A DNA stretch of 64,000 nt from Rhodospirillaceae bacterium (GCA_002728255.1 PBWV01000042.1:4602-68601), one strand, 5' to 3'; shown: positions 38,345 to 48,993, numbered from the stretch's first letter. The notes: generated by a model not told the origin, from the sequence alone. Translations and numbers: made by a program.

Positions 38345-39334
38345 ATGAAAACGAGAAAGTTGGGGAAAACGGGAATTAATGTCTCTGAACTTGTTCTTGG
38401 AGGTGGATACGTAGGTGGAATACTCCTCCAATCGGATGAAGAAGAAAAACTCCGCGCAGTCCAACACGCCATGGACTCGGGTATAAATTTAATTGACACA
38501 GCGCCTTCCTATGGCAACGGAGAATCTGAGAAATCCGTGGGCAACCTTCTTCCCCACGTTAGCCCTAAACCCTATCTGGCAACAAAGGTTCAGATAGATC
38601 CTCTGATCAGGAAAGATCTCGCAGGACAAGTCGAAAAAAGTATCAACGCGAGCCTAACTCGATTAAAGACTTCTTCAGTAGATCTTGTTCAACTGCATAA
38701 TCCTCTAAGTAAAGAGGATGATATTAAACACCTAGGAATTGATCATCTGCTTGGAGAGAATGGAGTTATCAACGCCTTACAAAAAGCAAAGGACAGCGGC
38801 CTCACTAAATATATTGGGATGACAGCACTCGGAAACCCCGCTTCCTGCCAAATTGCCATAAAGACAGCCGCATTTGATACCGCACAGGTATACTACAATA
38901 TGCTTAATCCAAGTGCTGATATGACAGTACCCAGTAATTGGACTCAGCTAAACTTCTTAAAACTAATGAACACATGTGAAGACTACCAGATAGGGATAAT
39001 GAATATCCGAGTTTTTGCTGCTGGAATACTTGCCTCAACCAAAAGAAGCGGGAGAGAAATCGCTATTACCGGATCAGGTGATTTTAAATTTGAAGAAGAT
39101 GAACAGCGAGCAGAGAAACTTTTTAGATACCTCCCAAAGAGCAAATACACTATGGCCCAACAAGCTCTCCGTTTTTCACTAGCGAACCAAAAGATATCCT
39201 GCGTTGTCTTAGGGCTAGCCAGTTTGTCCGAGCTAAAGGAATCCCTTTACGTTGCCTCAGCGGCACCTATGGACAACCCATCCTTGGAAAAATTAAAGCA
39301 AGTATATAACTCAAACTATACCCTCGCCGTTTAG
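38345..39334 (+). CDS. aldo/keto reductase
   Basis: 329 aa with GxxxxG...IDTAxxYG and an SLxRLxxDYVDL-like block (SLTRLKTSSVDLVQLH). Confidence 0.85.
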   Translation: MKTRKLGKTGINVSELVLGGGYVGGILLQSDEEEKLRAVQHAMDSGINLIDTAPSYGNGESEKSVGNLLPHVSPKPYLATKVQIDPLIRKDLAGQVEKSINASLTRLKTSSVDLVQLHNPLSKEDDIKHLGIDHLLGENGVINALQKAKDSGLTKYIGMTALGNPASCQIAIKTAAFDTAQVYYNMLNPSADMTVPSNWTQLNFLKLMNTCEDYQIGIMNIRVFAAGILASTKRSGREIAITGSGDFKFEEDEQRAEKLFRYLPKSKYTMAQQALRFSLANQKISCVVLGLASLSELKESLYVASAAPMDNPSLEKLKQVYNSNYTLAV

Positions 39335-39345
39335 TATTAGATTCC

Positions 39346-42252
39346 TTACAACTCGGCCAGACAATCGCGAATAAATCGGATTGGATGTACGGCATTTCTA
39401 CCCGTTTTATTCTTAATTTGATGCCGACACGAGGTTCCAGAAGCGGAAACAGCACATTCTTGATCCATAGATCGTATTGCCGGCGCCAATTCTAATTCAA
39501 CTATTTTGTCCGCCACATGGCTGCTTTTCTTCTGATACCCAAACGACCCCGCCATACCACAACATCCGGATTTTATAACTTCTACATCTACACCCGGTAC
39601 TTGCGCCAAAGACCAAATAGTAGCACTCATTGCACCGGAAGCTTTCTGATGGCAATGACCATGGAGAAATACCTTGGGGTTCGCGGGAGATTTGAAATTC
39701 AGCTTACTCGTGTTTTCATCCTTGGTCCTCTCCAAGTACTCCTCTATCAGCAGAATCTTACTTTTGAATTCTGGACTAATAGATAGAAGTTCTGCCATCT
39801 CCTCTCTCAAACTCAAAATACATGATGGCTCCAAACCAACAATCGGAATTCCAAGCTCTATGTATTTGCTAGCTGATGCAACAAATCTTTGAGCCTCCGT
39901 CATAGCTTGATCAACTAGCCCCATTGATAGAAACGTCCTTCCACAGCATAATGGTCGTTGACTCCCATCTTTTTGGGATAGAATGTTAAACGAATGATTT
40001 CCGGCCTTGAGAACCTCCATGGCTGCATGAACGTTATCGGATTCAAAATAGGTATTAAAACAATCTGCAAAAATAACGACAGATGGCTTTGATACAGAAT
40101 TCTTTTGACTCCGCAAGCGACTTATAGATTTAGGAGAAACCCATTGCGGAAGGGGCTGTTTTGCATCTAAACCAAACAGCCACTCGCCTATTTTACCCAT
40201 TCCTGGTATTTTTCTTCCTTGGTTAGCCAAAAACCATAGACGGGAAACCATTGGAGCATAACGAGGAAAATACGCAATTACTTGATCATAGAATTCTGGT
40301 CGCTCACTTAGATATTTTTGAGCCAACATCTCTATCTTCATCCGCGCCATGTCGACGCCCGTGGGGCACTCCGAACCGCAGGCCTTGCACCCTAAACAGT
40401 ATTTGAGACTATCCTGAACGCCAACGTCGCATAAAGCGTCTTGCCCAAATTTCCCTGACATTGCTAATCTTAGGGTGTTCGCACGCCCTCTAGTTGAGTG
40501 CTCTTCGTCCCGAGTTGCGCGAAAAGACGGACACATAACCCCGCCACTTAACTTTCGACAGGCCCCATTATTGTTACACATTTCCACCGCACCCCCGAGC
40601 CCTCCCCACGAACTCCAGTTAAACCTCGTTTCAGGGCTCTTAATTTCGTAGGTTTCGTCGTATCGCATTAATTTTCGATCATCCATAGATGGTGGCCAAA
40701 CAATCCGCCCAGGATTCATAACATTATGAGGGTCTAAAAATTTTTTAAGCTCTTGGAAACCGCAAACCAGATCTCGACCAAACATTCGCTCATGGAACTC
40801 ACTTCGCACGATTCCATCTCCATGTTCACCAGAATGCGAACCTTTATATTCCCGCACCATTTCAAAAGCTTCTTCCGCTATCTCACGCATTTTCTTTACT
40901 TCGGAATCCAGCTTCAAATTCAATATTGGTCTAACGTGGAGCGTTCCAACGGAGGCATGCGCATACCATGTGCCAGTAGTTCCAAATTTTTCAAAAATTT
41001 CATTCAAACGCCGCGTATATTCCGGAAGATCATTTAAATCTACGGCACAATCTTCAACAAAAGAGATGGGTTTTCCATCTCCCTTCATCGACATAACTAT
41101 ATTTAACGCCTGCTTTCTGACGTTCCACACAGCTTGTTGCGATTTAGAATCGGTTACCGCAGCCACAACACCAGGATATCCAAGATCCCCCATTAATTCA
41201 GTAAGAGAATCCAATCTCTTCTCATTTTCAGTTGCACAATCACCTGCAAACTCTACTAAAAGCACAGATTTTGGGTTACCTATCACCACATTGTCTACAA
41301 CGGCTCTAAAGGCAGGAATTTTTGCAGCTAAATTAATCATTGTTTCGTCAATAAGTTCAACTGCTGTTGGCCCCAGTGAAACAATGTTTTTTGTGGCACG
41401 CATAGCATCATCAAACTTAGCAAAATGACACACTCCTAAAGTACTATATTTAGGCAAATTAGCTAGCTTGAGTTTAATTGATGAGGAAAACGCAAGAGTT
41501 CCCTCAGAACCTACCAAAATATGTGAAAAATTCGGTGAACAACCTCCTTCTTTTAGCAGTGCATCAAGATTATAACCACCTACCCGTCTCATCACTTTTG
41601 GGAAGTTATTTTTGATTACTCCACTGTATTCTTCACCCAACTTTAGCAAAGATTCCGTTATATCTTGAGGTAAACCATTTTTATAGACCTTATCACTAGG
41701 ACCAAACCAGCTCTCCCTTCCATCAGGAAGTATTGCTTTTATTTCCAGCACATTATCACGCATAGTTCCATATTTTATGGAACGGGCCCCACATGAATTG
41801 TTACCTACCATTCCCCCAATCGTAGCTTGAGCAGAGGTAGAAATATCAACAGGGAACCACAAGCCCAAAGGTTTCAGAAAAATGTTCAATTGATCCAGAA
41901 TCATGCCTGGTTGCACAGTTACCGTTAATTCCTCAATGTTTAAGTCGATCAAAGAGTTTAAGTACTTAGAAGTATCGATGACTAAAGAAGTATTTACGGT
42001 TTGCCCACATTGAGAGGTCCCAGCCCCCCTTGCCAACAGAGAAAAACCTTCTTTGGAGGCCAGAGACATCGCAGTCTTAACATCTTGGATGGATTTTGGA
42101 ACTACTATTCCAACCGGATTTATTTGGTATATCGACGCATCCGTTGCATAACGTCCGCGGGTAAAAGTATCAAAATATACATCTCCCTCCACTTCACTCC
42201 TTATGCTTTTCTCCAGCAAGCTAAAATCTCCCTTTGCCACCCGTACCGACAA
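39346..42252 (-). CDS. FAD-binding oxidase fused to an Fe-S (CCG-domain) oxidoreductase; YdiJ / GlcD-GlcF fusion type (2-hydroxyacid dehydrogenase-like)
   Basis: 968 aa. The N-terminus has an FAD_binding_4 domain (GAGTSQCGQ). The middle has 4Fe-4S ferredoxin cysteines (CLGCKACGSECP, CNNNGACRKLSGGVMCP). The C-terminus has CCG repeats (CCGMAGSFGY). Confidence 0.85.
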   Translation of the reverse strand: MSVRVAKGDFSLLEKSIRSEVEGDVYFDTFTRGRYATDASIYQINPVGIVVPKSIQDVKTAMSLASKEGFSLLARGAGTSQCGQTVNTSLVIDTSKYLNSLIDLNIEELTVTVQPGMILDQLNIFLKPLGLWFPVDISTSAQATIGGMVGNNSCGARSIKYGTMRDNVLEIKAILPDGRESWFGPSDKVYKNGLPQDITESLLKLGEEYSGVIKNNFPKVMRRVGGYNLDALLKEGGCSPNFSHILVGSEGTLAFSSSIKLKLANLPKYSTLGVCHFAKFDDAMRATKNIVSLGPTAVELIDETMINLAAKIPAFRAVVDNVVIGNPKSVLLVEFAGDCATENEKRLDSLTELMGDLGYPGVVAAVTDSKSQQAVWNVRKQALNIVMSMKGDGKPISFVEDCAVDLNDLPEYTRRLNEIFEKFGTTGTWYAHASVGTLHVRPILNLKLDSEVKKMREIAEEAFEMVREYKGSHSGEHGDGIVRSEFHERMFGRDLVCGFQELKKFLDPHNVMNPGRIVWPPSMDDRKLMRYDETYEIKSPETRFNWSSWGGLGGAVEMCNNNGACRKLSGGVMCPSFRATRDEEHSTRGRANTLRLAMSGKFGQDALCDVGVQDSLKYCLGCKACGSECPTGVDMARMKIEMLAQKYLSERPEFYDQVIAYFPRYAPMVSRLWFLANQGRKIPGMGKIGEWLFGLDAKQPLPQWVSPKSISRLRSQKNSVSKPSVVIFADCFNTYFESDNVHAAMEVLKAGNHSFNILSQKDGSQRPLCCGRTFLSMGLVDQAMTEAQRFVASASKYIELGIPIVGLEPSCILSLREEMAELLSISPEFKSKILLIEEYLERTKDENTSKLNFKSPANPKVFLHGHCHQKASGAMSATIWSLAQVPGVDVEVIKSGCCGMAGSFGYQKKSSHVADKIVELELAPAIRSMDQECAVSASGTSCRHQIKNKTGRNAVHPIRFIRDCLAEL

Positions 42253-42932
42253 GAGCCGCCCCCCTTCTTTCTCAAATCTTAAACCTGTTGGTCCGCAACA
42301 AACTATCTTACAAGATTTCCGTTTCTCTATTATTAACCTACCATCTTTTCACAAGCAGGATAGTTTGAGCTCTGTTCAATTAAGGACACTCATAGAGAAA
42401 ATATTGGCTCAAACCTCCCCCCATCGCTTCATAACTTTAATATTTTACCAACTTATGATTTGATATTTTCCCTCTTATTTCTATTTATACTATATTTTGC
42501 AGTAGTTTATAGATGTTTTCTAAGTTTTTAATAAGATTAGACGTTGACATAAAATCAGCAAATAGTACTTGGCTTCGATTATTCACCAACGATATAGTTA
42601 AATTGCTTAGGACCTGTGGGGGAATAGCTTGAACTCGCCGGCAATAAGCATGAGGATTATATAAACTTCGCAACACTTTATACTTAAAGAGACTTTAGTT
42701 CGAGGGCACAAATAGTTAGAGATTAAACTAAAAGATTTGGCAATTGCTAATCACCAACTACTGTTTCCAACTATTACTTCGTTGATAACGATGGAATGAT
42801 CGGATGCTGTAGCGAATGTATGACCATGGCGCCCATGGAAACCATTTCCTAAGAACGAGATGGTACTATTGTGCGCCACGGGAGACGTATATTGCTTAAA
42901 GGACTTCGAATGGAGGGAAAGGACTTAGAGTT

Positions 42933-43142
42933 ATGGCTTCAGGTACGGTAAAATGGTTTAATCCCAACAAGGGATATGGATTTATAGAGTCGGCAGACGG
43001 AACCGGGGATGTCTTTGTGCATATTTCGGCAGTAGAGCAAGCAGGCCTAAGCACCTTAAATGAAGGGCAAAAGCTTGAATTTGAAGTTGTCACGGGACGT
43101 AACGGGAAGTCTGCGGCTGAAAACTTAGTGGTGTCTGACTAA
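42933..43142 (+). CDS. cspA: cold-shock protein (CspA family)
   Basis: 69 aa with GTVKWFN and the RNP motifs GYGFI and VFVHISA. Confidence 0.9.
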   Translation: MASGTVKWFNPNKGYGFIESADGTGDVFVHISAVEQAGLSTLNEGQKLEFEVVTGRNGKSAAENLVVSD

Positions 43143-43238
43143 TTCCCCGACGTTTAGCTACCTCAACGACCGATCCCCGCGGCCATGGCTATCTTAAATA
43201 ATGCCAAATGCGGAACGTAGTGCAGATCCCTCGGAGTA

Positions 43239-44144
43239 GTGGTTAAGATGAGACTAGGCATAAATTTGCCTATTGTGGATATTGGTGGAGACCCCTTAGT
43301 CGTCAAGGACTTTTCCCAGACGGCAGAGGCGTTAGGCTACGACCATTTGGCGTTAGCAGATCATGTGTTGGGCGTAAATGCCGCCAACATACCAAATTGG
43401 GGAAACCGAAATACATCCGCTGATTATTTTCATGATCCATTTCTCCTTTTTTCCTACCTTTCGGCCTGTACCACCCAAATAGAGTTTAGTACGCAGGTCT
43501 TGATACTACCGCAGCGTCAAACTGCCCTAGTTGCCAAACAGGCTGCATGCCTAGATATACTATCCGGCGGGCGCCTCCGCTTTGGAATAGGAATAGGATG
43601 GAACAAAGCTGAATATATTGCCTTAAACGAAAGCTTTAATAACAGAGGCAGGCGTTCGGTGGAACAGATTAGTATTCTTAAGGAGCTTTGGTCAAAACGA
43701 CATGTAAATATTGATGGAGAATGGCACAAAATAACTGACGCAGGAATAAACCCGTTGCCATCTGCGCGATCCATTCCTCTCTGGATTGGCGGGCACGAAG
43801 ATGTGACCCTGCAACGTATCGCTCGATATGGAGATGGTTGGATCATGTTACAGTATCCTCCAGGACAGGAAGCCCAAGAGAAATTTGATCTCTTACGGGC
43901 CTATACCCGAGAAGCGGATAGACCTGAGAGTGAAGTCGGAATAGAGGTATGGACATCCGCTGTAGGAACTCCTGAGGACTGGAGAAAAGAAATTGAATTT
44001 TGGAAAAAGGCCGGAGTAACCCACATTTGTTTGAACAATTCTTTTTCACGCTATCACCACCAAGCTATAGACGACCGCTCCATCAATAGCCACACATCGG
44101 CAATGAAGTTATATAAAGAATCTGTCGAAGATCTTATTTTATAA
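43239..44144 (+). CDS. LLM-class (luciferase-like) flavin/F420-dependent oxidoreductase
   Basis: 301 aa with the TIM-barrel LLM pattern DHL..G and a GGRLRFGIGIGW block. Confidence 0.75.
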   Translation: MVKMRLGINLPIVDIGGDPLVVKDFSQTAEALGYDHLALADHVLGVNAANIPNWGNRNTSADYFHDPFLLFSYLSACTTQIEFSTQVLILPQRQTALVAKQAACLDILSGGRLRFGIGIGWNKAEYIALNESFNNRGRRSVEQISILKELWSKRHVNIDGEWHKITDAGINPLPSARSIPLWIGGHEDVTLQRIARYGDGWIMLQYPPGQEAQEKFDLLRAYTREADRPESEVGIEVWTSAVGTPEDWRKEIEFWKKAGVTHICLNNSFSRYHHQAIDDRSINSHTSAMKLYKESVEDLIL

Positions 44145-44171
44145 TTCCAGCGTTATTGGTTCAATTTCGGC

Positions 44172-45230
44172 ATGGATACTCCTGAAATAATGGAAATTAG
44201 GCCTCTAGCCAACTTTAGGGAAATATTTTTTCTAGTACTGGCCCTGTTTTTACTACTTATTCCTAGATGGACATGTGCTCATTCACCAACACTCCAAGAA
44301 CCCAAGAAATTCTCTACAGACCACTTCCTACCCTCCAATCAAATTACGGAAAAATTTTTGTGCCTGGAAGAGACAACTTTGAGCTCTCAATGTCTCTTAT
44401 CTCTAGCTAAAAGGTCTGCAAGAGAGATCATAAACGTTGATAGCCAAAATTTTGCGAATCTTTTCATTGCAATATCGCAATCTGATCTGGATTCGCCAAA
44501 TTCAGTTAACCAAACCATTGCAAAAATTACAAATCCGCCTCTTCGCGGTATAGCTCTTACCTATCTGGCACAATTACATCTACGCCAAGAAAATAGACGT
44601 GGCAGCATATATATTATGACTAAAGCCCAAAATTTTTCAAACACAAGCCCACAAGCATATGTGAATGCTTGGCTAAATATTTTGATCGGCGACCTTCTTG
44701 CAATCTTAGGAAGAAGCACCGATTCCCAAAACTTTGTTGAACAGGCGCTACAGACTATCCCGTTAATAAAAGAGCATAATACCCGCTCCGAACTCTATGC
44801 TTTGGCCGCACAAGCAAGATTAAAAAATGGGCAGAGAACTGAAGCTAAGGAAATAATTAGAACGGCAATGATGGAAGCAAAGAAAGTACGCGACCCTTAC
44901 TTGAAATCATTAGCGTTTAGTTTTAATGCTCTTGCATACCATAGACTTGGGTTACTCCCTTATTCCATTTCCACCCAAGCGATAGCAGAAGAATACGCCC
45001 AAAGTTCATCTCTCCCCTCGAAGGTGGTGGCTCTAGCTTTCCTCTCTTCTATCCAAGCCAAGACAGAACAAGTTGAATCTGCTTCGAGATCCCTAAAGAA
45101 AACAATAGAAATATTATCAGTAATCCGGAGTCCCTACCACCGAGCCCTATCCTTTGCTTTCCTCGCGCAGACCATTTACTTTGCGGAAAAGGAACTCCAT
45201 GGTACAAAAAGGCAAGTTCCTACTCACTAA
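44172..45230 (+). CDS. hypothetical exported/membrane-anchored protein, helical-repeat-like
   Basis: 352 aa with an N-terminal hydrophobic segment (FFLVLALFLLLIP) followed by alpha-helical repeat-like sequence. No catalytic motif recognised. Confidence 0.4.
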   Translation: MDTPEIMEIRPLANFREIFFLVLALFLLLIPRWTCAHSPTLQEPKKFSTDHFLPSNQITEKFLCLEETTLSSQCLLSLAKRSAREIINVDSQNFANLFIAISQSDLDSPNSVNQTIAKITNPPLRGIALTYLAQLHLRQENRRGSIYIMTKAQNFSNTSPQAYVNAWLNILIGDLLAILGRSTDSQNFVEQALQTIPLIKEHNTRSELYALAAQARLKNGQRTEAKEIIRTAMMEAKKVRDPYLKSLAFSFNALAYHRLGLLPYSISTQAIAEEYAQSSSLPSKVVALAFLSSIQAKTEQVESASRSLKKTIEILSVIRSPYHRALSFAFLAQTIYFAEKELHGTKRQVPTH

Positions 45231-46122
45231 TTTTTCCAGAAACAATCTGCTCTACGTAATACCGGTAATGCGGACTTCTTATTGCCGACGCGGTTTTCTC
45301 AAGTTGTTCCTCATCAATAAATCCCATCCGAAAGGCGGCCTCCTCTGGGCAACAAATTTTTAACCCCTGTCGTTTCTCCAACGTCTGTACAAAATTACTG
45401 GCTTCAAGAAGTGAGTCCGCCGTCCCTGCATCAAACCATGAAAATCCACGTCCAAGTTGAATGACCTGTAATTTATTTTTGCGCAGGTAACAATTATTTA
45501 TATCAGTGATCTCCAATTCTCCCCGCTCCGAAGGCTTTAAGCTCTGCGCTATATGACAGACCTCGGCATCATAAAAATATAAGCCGGTAAGTGCCCAACG
45601 AGAACGAGGTTTATTGGGCTTTTCTTCAATAGTGAGGGGTTGGGCATTAATATCAAAACTAATGACACCATATTCGCCCGGATTCTCAACGGGATGAGCG
45701 AAACCCATGGCACCTGACGACAATGACGCCGCTTTGGTTAAGTAATTGATCAAGCCATGCCCATAAAAAATATTATCACCAAGTATCAGACTACACGGCG
45801 CGTTATCTACAAAGTTCCGGCCAATAATAAATGCGTCCGCCAGACCTCGTGGTTGGGCCTGTTCACAATAATTAAGATTAACTCCCCACTGCGAACCATC
45901 ACCAAGTAAAACTTGGAAATTAGGTATATCCGAAGGCTTGGCTATGAGTAGAATGTCTCTAATCCCTGCAAACATTAATGTCGACAATGGATAGTAAATC
46001 ATCGGCTTATCGTATATCGGAAGCAACTGCTTTGACGTCGCCAGAGTCGACGGATAGAGTCTAGAACCGGAACCACCAGCTAAAATAAGTCCTCTCATTA
46101 AATCAAATTTCCTTTTGGCCAT
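45220..46122 (-). CDS. rfbA: glucose-1-phosphate thymidylyltransferase
   Basis: 300 aa starting GLILAGGSGSRLYPST, which is the classic RmlA motif. Confidence 0.9.
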   Translation of the reverse strand: MAKRKFDLMRGLILAGGSGSRLYPSTLATSKQLLPIYDKPMIYYPLSTLMFAGIRDILLIAKPSDIPNFQVLLGDGSQWGVNLNYCEQAQPRGLADAFIIGRNFVDNAPCSLILGDNIFYGHGLINYLTKAASLSSGAMGFAHPVENPGEYGVISFDINAQPLTIEEKPNKPRSRWALTGLYFYDAEVCHIAQSLKPSERGELEITDINNCYLRKNKLQVIQLGRGFSWFDAGTADSLLEASNFVQTLEKRQGLKICCPEEAAFRMGFIDEEQLEKTASAIRSPHYRYYVEQIVSGKISE

Positions 46123-46988
46123 TTCATTTCCAAAAATTCGTCCACCTTAGGCCGCCAATCCGGTTGCTCTATACCCCATATATCTTTAATTTTTGAGCAC
46201 TCCATAACCACATGCGGAGGTCTATCCACCATACTTTCGTATTCACCAGTGGATATCTCCGTCAATTTGGGAACTTTAATTCCCCTTTTCTCAGCATATG
46301 AAAATATTGTCTTAGCAAATCCATACCAACTGGTTTGTGGGTTTCCGCAGTAGTGATATAATCCCCACTCATTTCTGCCCTCCAAAATTCCTTCGCTAAT
46401 TCTCAACAAAACTTGCGCGATAGAAACTGCTGGAGTTGGACAGCCGATTTGATCGGCAACCACCTTAACCTCCCGATGAACCGATAGGGAGGATAGTATT
46501 TTATTAAGAAAATTAGTTCCTTCCGCACTGAAAACCCATGAGGTTCTTATAATAATGTAACGATCAATAAGCTTTTGAATCCTTCTTTCGCCAGAAAACT
46601 TACTGGCACCATATACATTTTTTGGCTTCGGCAAATCTAATTCATTATACTTGCGACTTTGACCGCCATCAAAAACATAGTCTGTTGAAAGATGCAGCAT
46701 CGGCAAATTATACGCCGCTGCCGCTATCGCTATATTGGCAGGCCCATCCCTGTTAACAGCATAGCATTCATCCTCAGAAACTTCTGATTTTTCCACATTA
46801 GTAAAAGCGGCGGCATTGATTATAATCGAACACTGTTCTTTTTCCACAACAGTCCTAACCGATTCCACACTTCGAATATCCACCATTGAGTGCGGCACCA
46901 ATACCACTTTCCACTTGGGCATCCCTACCCGATAAACTGCTCGAGCCACCTGACCAGAGCCAAATACCAAAGCAGCCTTAGAATCCAT
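46098..46988 (-). CDS. rfbD: dTDP-4-dehydrorhamnose reductase
   Basis: RmlD-like with the YxxxK catalytic motif (YGASK). Start moved to the internal Met (MDSKAALVFGSGQ) to remove a 64-nt overlap with rfbB. The upstream ATG at 47057 is an alternative. Confidence 0.8.
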   Translation of the reverse strand: MDSKAALVFGSGQVARAVYRVGMPKWKVVLVPHSMVDIRSVESVRTVVEKEQCSIIINAAAFTNVEKSEVSEDECYAVNRDGPANIAIAAAAYNLPMLHLSTDYVFDGGQSRKYNELDLPKPKNVYGASKFSGERRIQKLIDRYIIIRTSWVFSAEGTNFLNKILSSLSVHREVKVVADQIGCPTPAVSIAQVLLRISEGILEGRNEWGLYHYCGNPQTSWYGFAKTIFSYAEKRGIKVPKLTEISTGEYESMVDRPPHVVMECSKIKDIWGIEQPDWRPKVDEFLEMKWPKGNLI

Positions 46989-46993
46989 ACTAC

Positions 46994-48052
46994 TCACCGA
47001 CTTACCAACCCACGGCGCGCATGAGAATAGGAATTTACTTTTACTTTTTCCATCCAACCACGATTATTCAGATACCACAACACTGTTTTCTCCAACCCCA
47101 TCTCAAAGTTCCATTTTGGCTTCCATTGAAGTTCTTTCCTAATCTTGGAATCATCCACGGAATACCGCAAATCATGTCCGGGTCGATCCTCAACAAATGA
47201 AATTAATTTAGAATAAGAGCGAATGCTGGAACTGGGGCATAAACGATCCAAAATGTTACAAAGCTCTTTAACTAAATCTAAATTTTTTCGTTCCGACCCC
47301 CCTCCTATATTATAAGTCTCACCCACCCTCCCTTTTTGGGTTACCATCAATAGAGCCCGGGCATGATCTTCCACATACAGCCAATCGCGAATATTCTGGC
47401 CACTCCCATACACGGGTAAGGGCCTCCCTTCTAATGCATTCCCAATCATCAAGGGTATGAGTTTTTCGGGAAACTGGTAGGGTCCAAAATTATTAGAACA
47501 ATTTGTAATAAGAACGGGTAAACCATAGGTCTGATGCCAAGCGCGCGCGAGATGGTTAGACGCCGCTTTGGAAGCTGCATACGGGGAATTAGGTCTGTAC
47601 GGACTATCTTCTCTAAATTTACCTTCCTCTCCAAGGGAACCAAAGACCTCATCCGTAGACACATGAAGGAATCGAAACACCTTTTGCTCTTCAAAATCTA
47701 GTTTCTTCCAATACCCCAGAACAGAGTCTAACAAAATTTGAGTTCCTAAAATATTAGTGCTAATAAAGTCCGAGCTATCATCAATAGATCGATCGACATG
47801 ACTTTCCGCAGCCAAATGTATTATGGCGGTTGGTAAAAACATCTCTATTAATGCTGTTATCTTAGAAGCATCACGGACATCGCCCGTTTCAAAGGTATAC
47901 CTGTCGTTGACAGAAAGATCCCTGATCCCATCCAAATTAGCAGCATATGACAAACAATCTACATTTAAGATATGTACATCGGGCTGGGAAAGCAGAAGGC
48001 GGCAAAGTTCAGTCCCAATAAAACCCGCCCCGCCAGTTACTAAAATTTTCAT
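46994..48052 (-). CDS. rfbB: dTDP-glucose 4,6-dehydratase
   Basis: Start moved to MKILVTGGAGFIG (the NAD motif), which gives an ATGA start/stop overlap with the upstream GT2 gene. YAASKAASNHL is the catalytic YxxxK motif. Confidence 0.9.
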   Translation of the reverse strand: MKILVTGGAGFIGTELCRLLLSQPDVHILNVDCLSYAANLDGIRDLSVNDRYTFETGDVRDASKITALIEMFLPTAIIHLAAESHVDRSIDDSSDFISTNILGTQILLDSVLGYWKKLDFEEQKVFRFLHVSTDEVFGSLGEEGKFREDSPYRPNSPYAASKAASNHLARAWHQTYGLPVLITNCSNNFGPYQFPEKLIPLMIGNALEGRPLPVYGSGQNIRDWLYVEDHARALLMVTQKGRVGETYNIGGGSERKNLDLVKELCNILDRLCPSSSIRSYSKLISFVEDRPGHDLRYSVDDSKIRKELQWKPKWNFEMGLEKTVLWYLNNRGWMEKVKVNSYSHARRGLVSR

Positions 48053-48993
48053 TTTTTGCTCTCTTTTGACCTGCATGAAGAAAAACCGCATAAAAAGTCG
48101 AAAGTTCCCTCCACCCTTGCCATATCCCGTGTTATTTTTGTACGATTCAATGTAATCAATGCAGAGAATAACTTTCCCAAAAACAAAATAAAATTTGTAA
48201 TTCCTAAAACAAACCCTCTGCTTCTTCCTCTGTACTTAGCTTCTAGGTATAGCCTAGACCAAGCCATATGATAATAACGACGGCGTATTAGCAAAGCCCG
48301 GCTTAAATTAGAAGAGGTTCCAGACAAATGAATAGCAAGTAGATTTGGGGCAAGCACGAGTGACCACCCATCTCGTCTTAGGCGAATACAAAGATCATCA
48401 TCCTCATAAAAGAGGAAAATATTTTCGTCGAATAAACCTGTTTTCTTAAGCGCCTTCATTCGTAATAGGCTAACAGCATTCTGCACAAATCCAGCACATA
48501 AGTCTCCCGAAGGGAAAGGTTCATCTTTCCTGCTACGGGATATTTCCTCCCTAGAAAATAAATCTTGGTCATGGCATCGAGTTTTATTTCCGTCTTCTTC
48601 GACTAGGATAGGAGAAATAATTGCCGCACTGTCCCAACGATCAGCTAATATTATCAATTGTTCTATCGTGCTCTGTTCAACTAAACAGTCTGGAGACACT
48701 AAAATAGCGAACTCCGTTTCAACTTCATGAAGAGCTCTATTTGCCGCTTTGCCAAAACCCTCGTTAAACCCGTTCACTAAAATACTTGCATGCGGGGCTA
48801 CCTCACGAATTTTTGATACAGACTTATCCTTACTAGCATTGTCAACAATTAGCGTAGATACACCTCCCCTAAGACGTTCAAAACAGCGGTCTAGTAAATG
48901 GGCTGAGTTATACGTGACCATCACCACAGTATAGCGGTCACTGGCGTCCAATTTAGCGTCTGACGTCAGAGCGTTTTGTTTATCTGCATGCAT
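48049..48993 (-). CDS. glycosyltransferase family 2
   Basis: 314 aa with the N-terminal VVMVTYN GT-A fold start and a DxD-like region (EDDD). Confidence 0.8.
   Translation of the reverse strand: MHADKQNALTSDAKLDASDRYTVVMVTYNSAHLLDRCFERLRGGVSTLIVDNASKDKSVSKIREVAPHASILVNGFNEGFGKAANRALHEVETEFAILVSPDCLVEQSTIEQLIILADRWDSAAIISPILVEEDGNKTRCHDQDLFSREEISRSRKDEPFPSGDLCAGFVQNAVSLLRMKALKKTGLFDENIFLFYEDDDLCIRLRRDGWSLVLAPNLLAIHLSGTSSNLSRALLIRRRYYHMAWSRLYLEAKYRGRSRGFVLGITNFILFLGKLFSALITLNRTKITRDMARVEGTFDFLCGFSSCRSKESKK

Noticed and set aside
42203-42676. Two short ORFs (86 aa plus-strand, 63 aa minus-strand) in the cspA upstream region
   Set aside because: There is no RBS or coding-like composition. The sequences are AT-rich with stop-poor frames by chance. 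The region is more plausibly regulatory or leader RNA (see finding).
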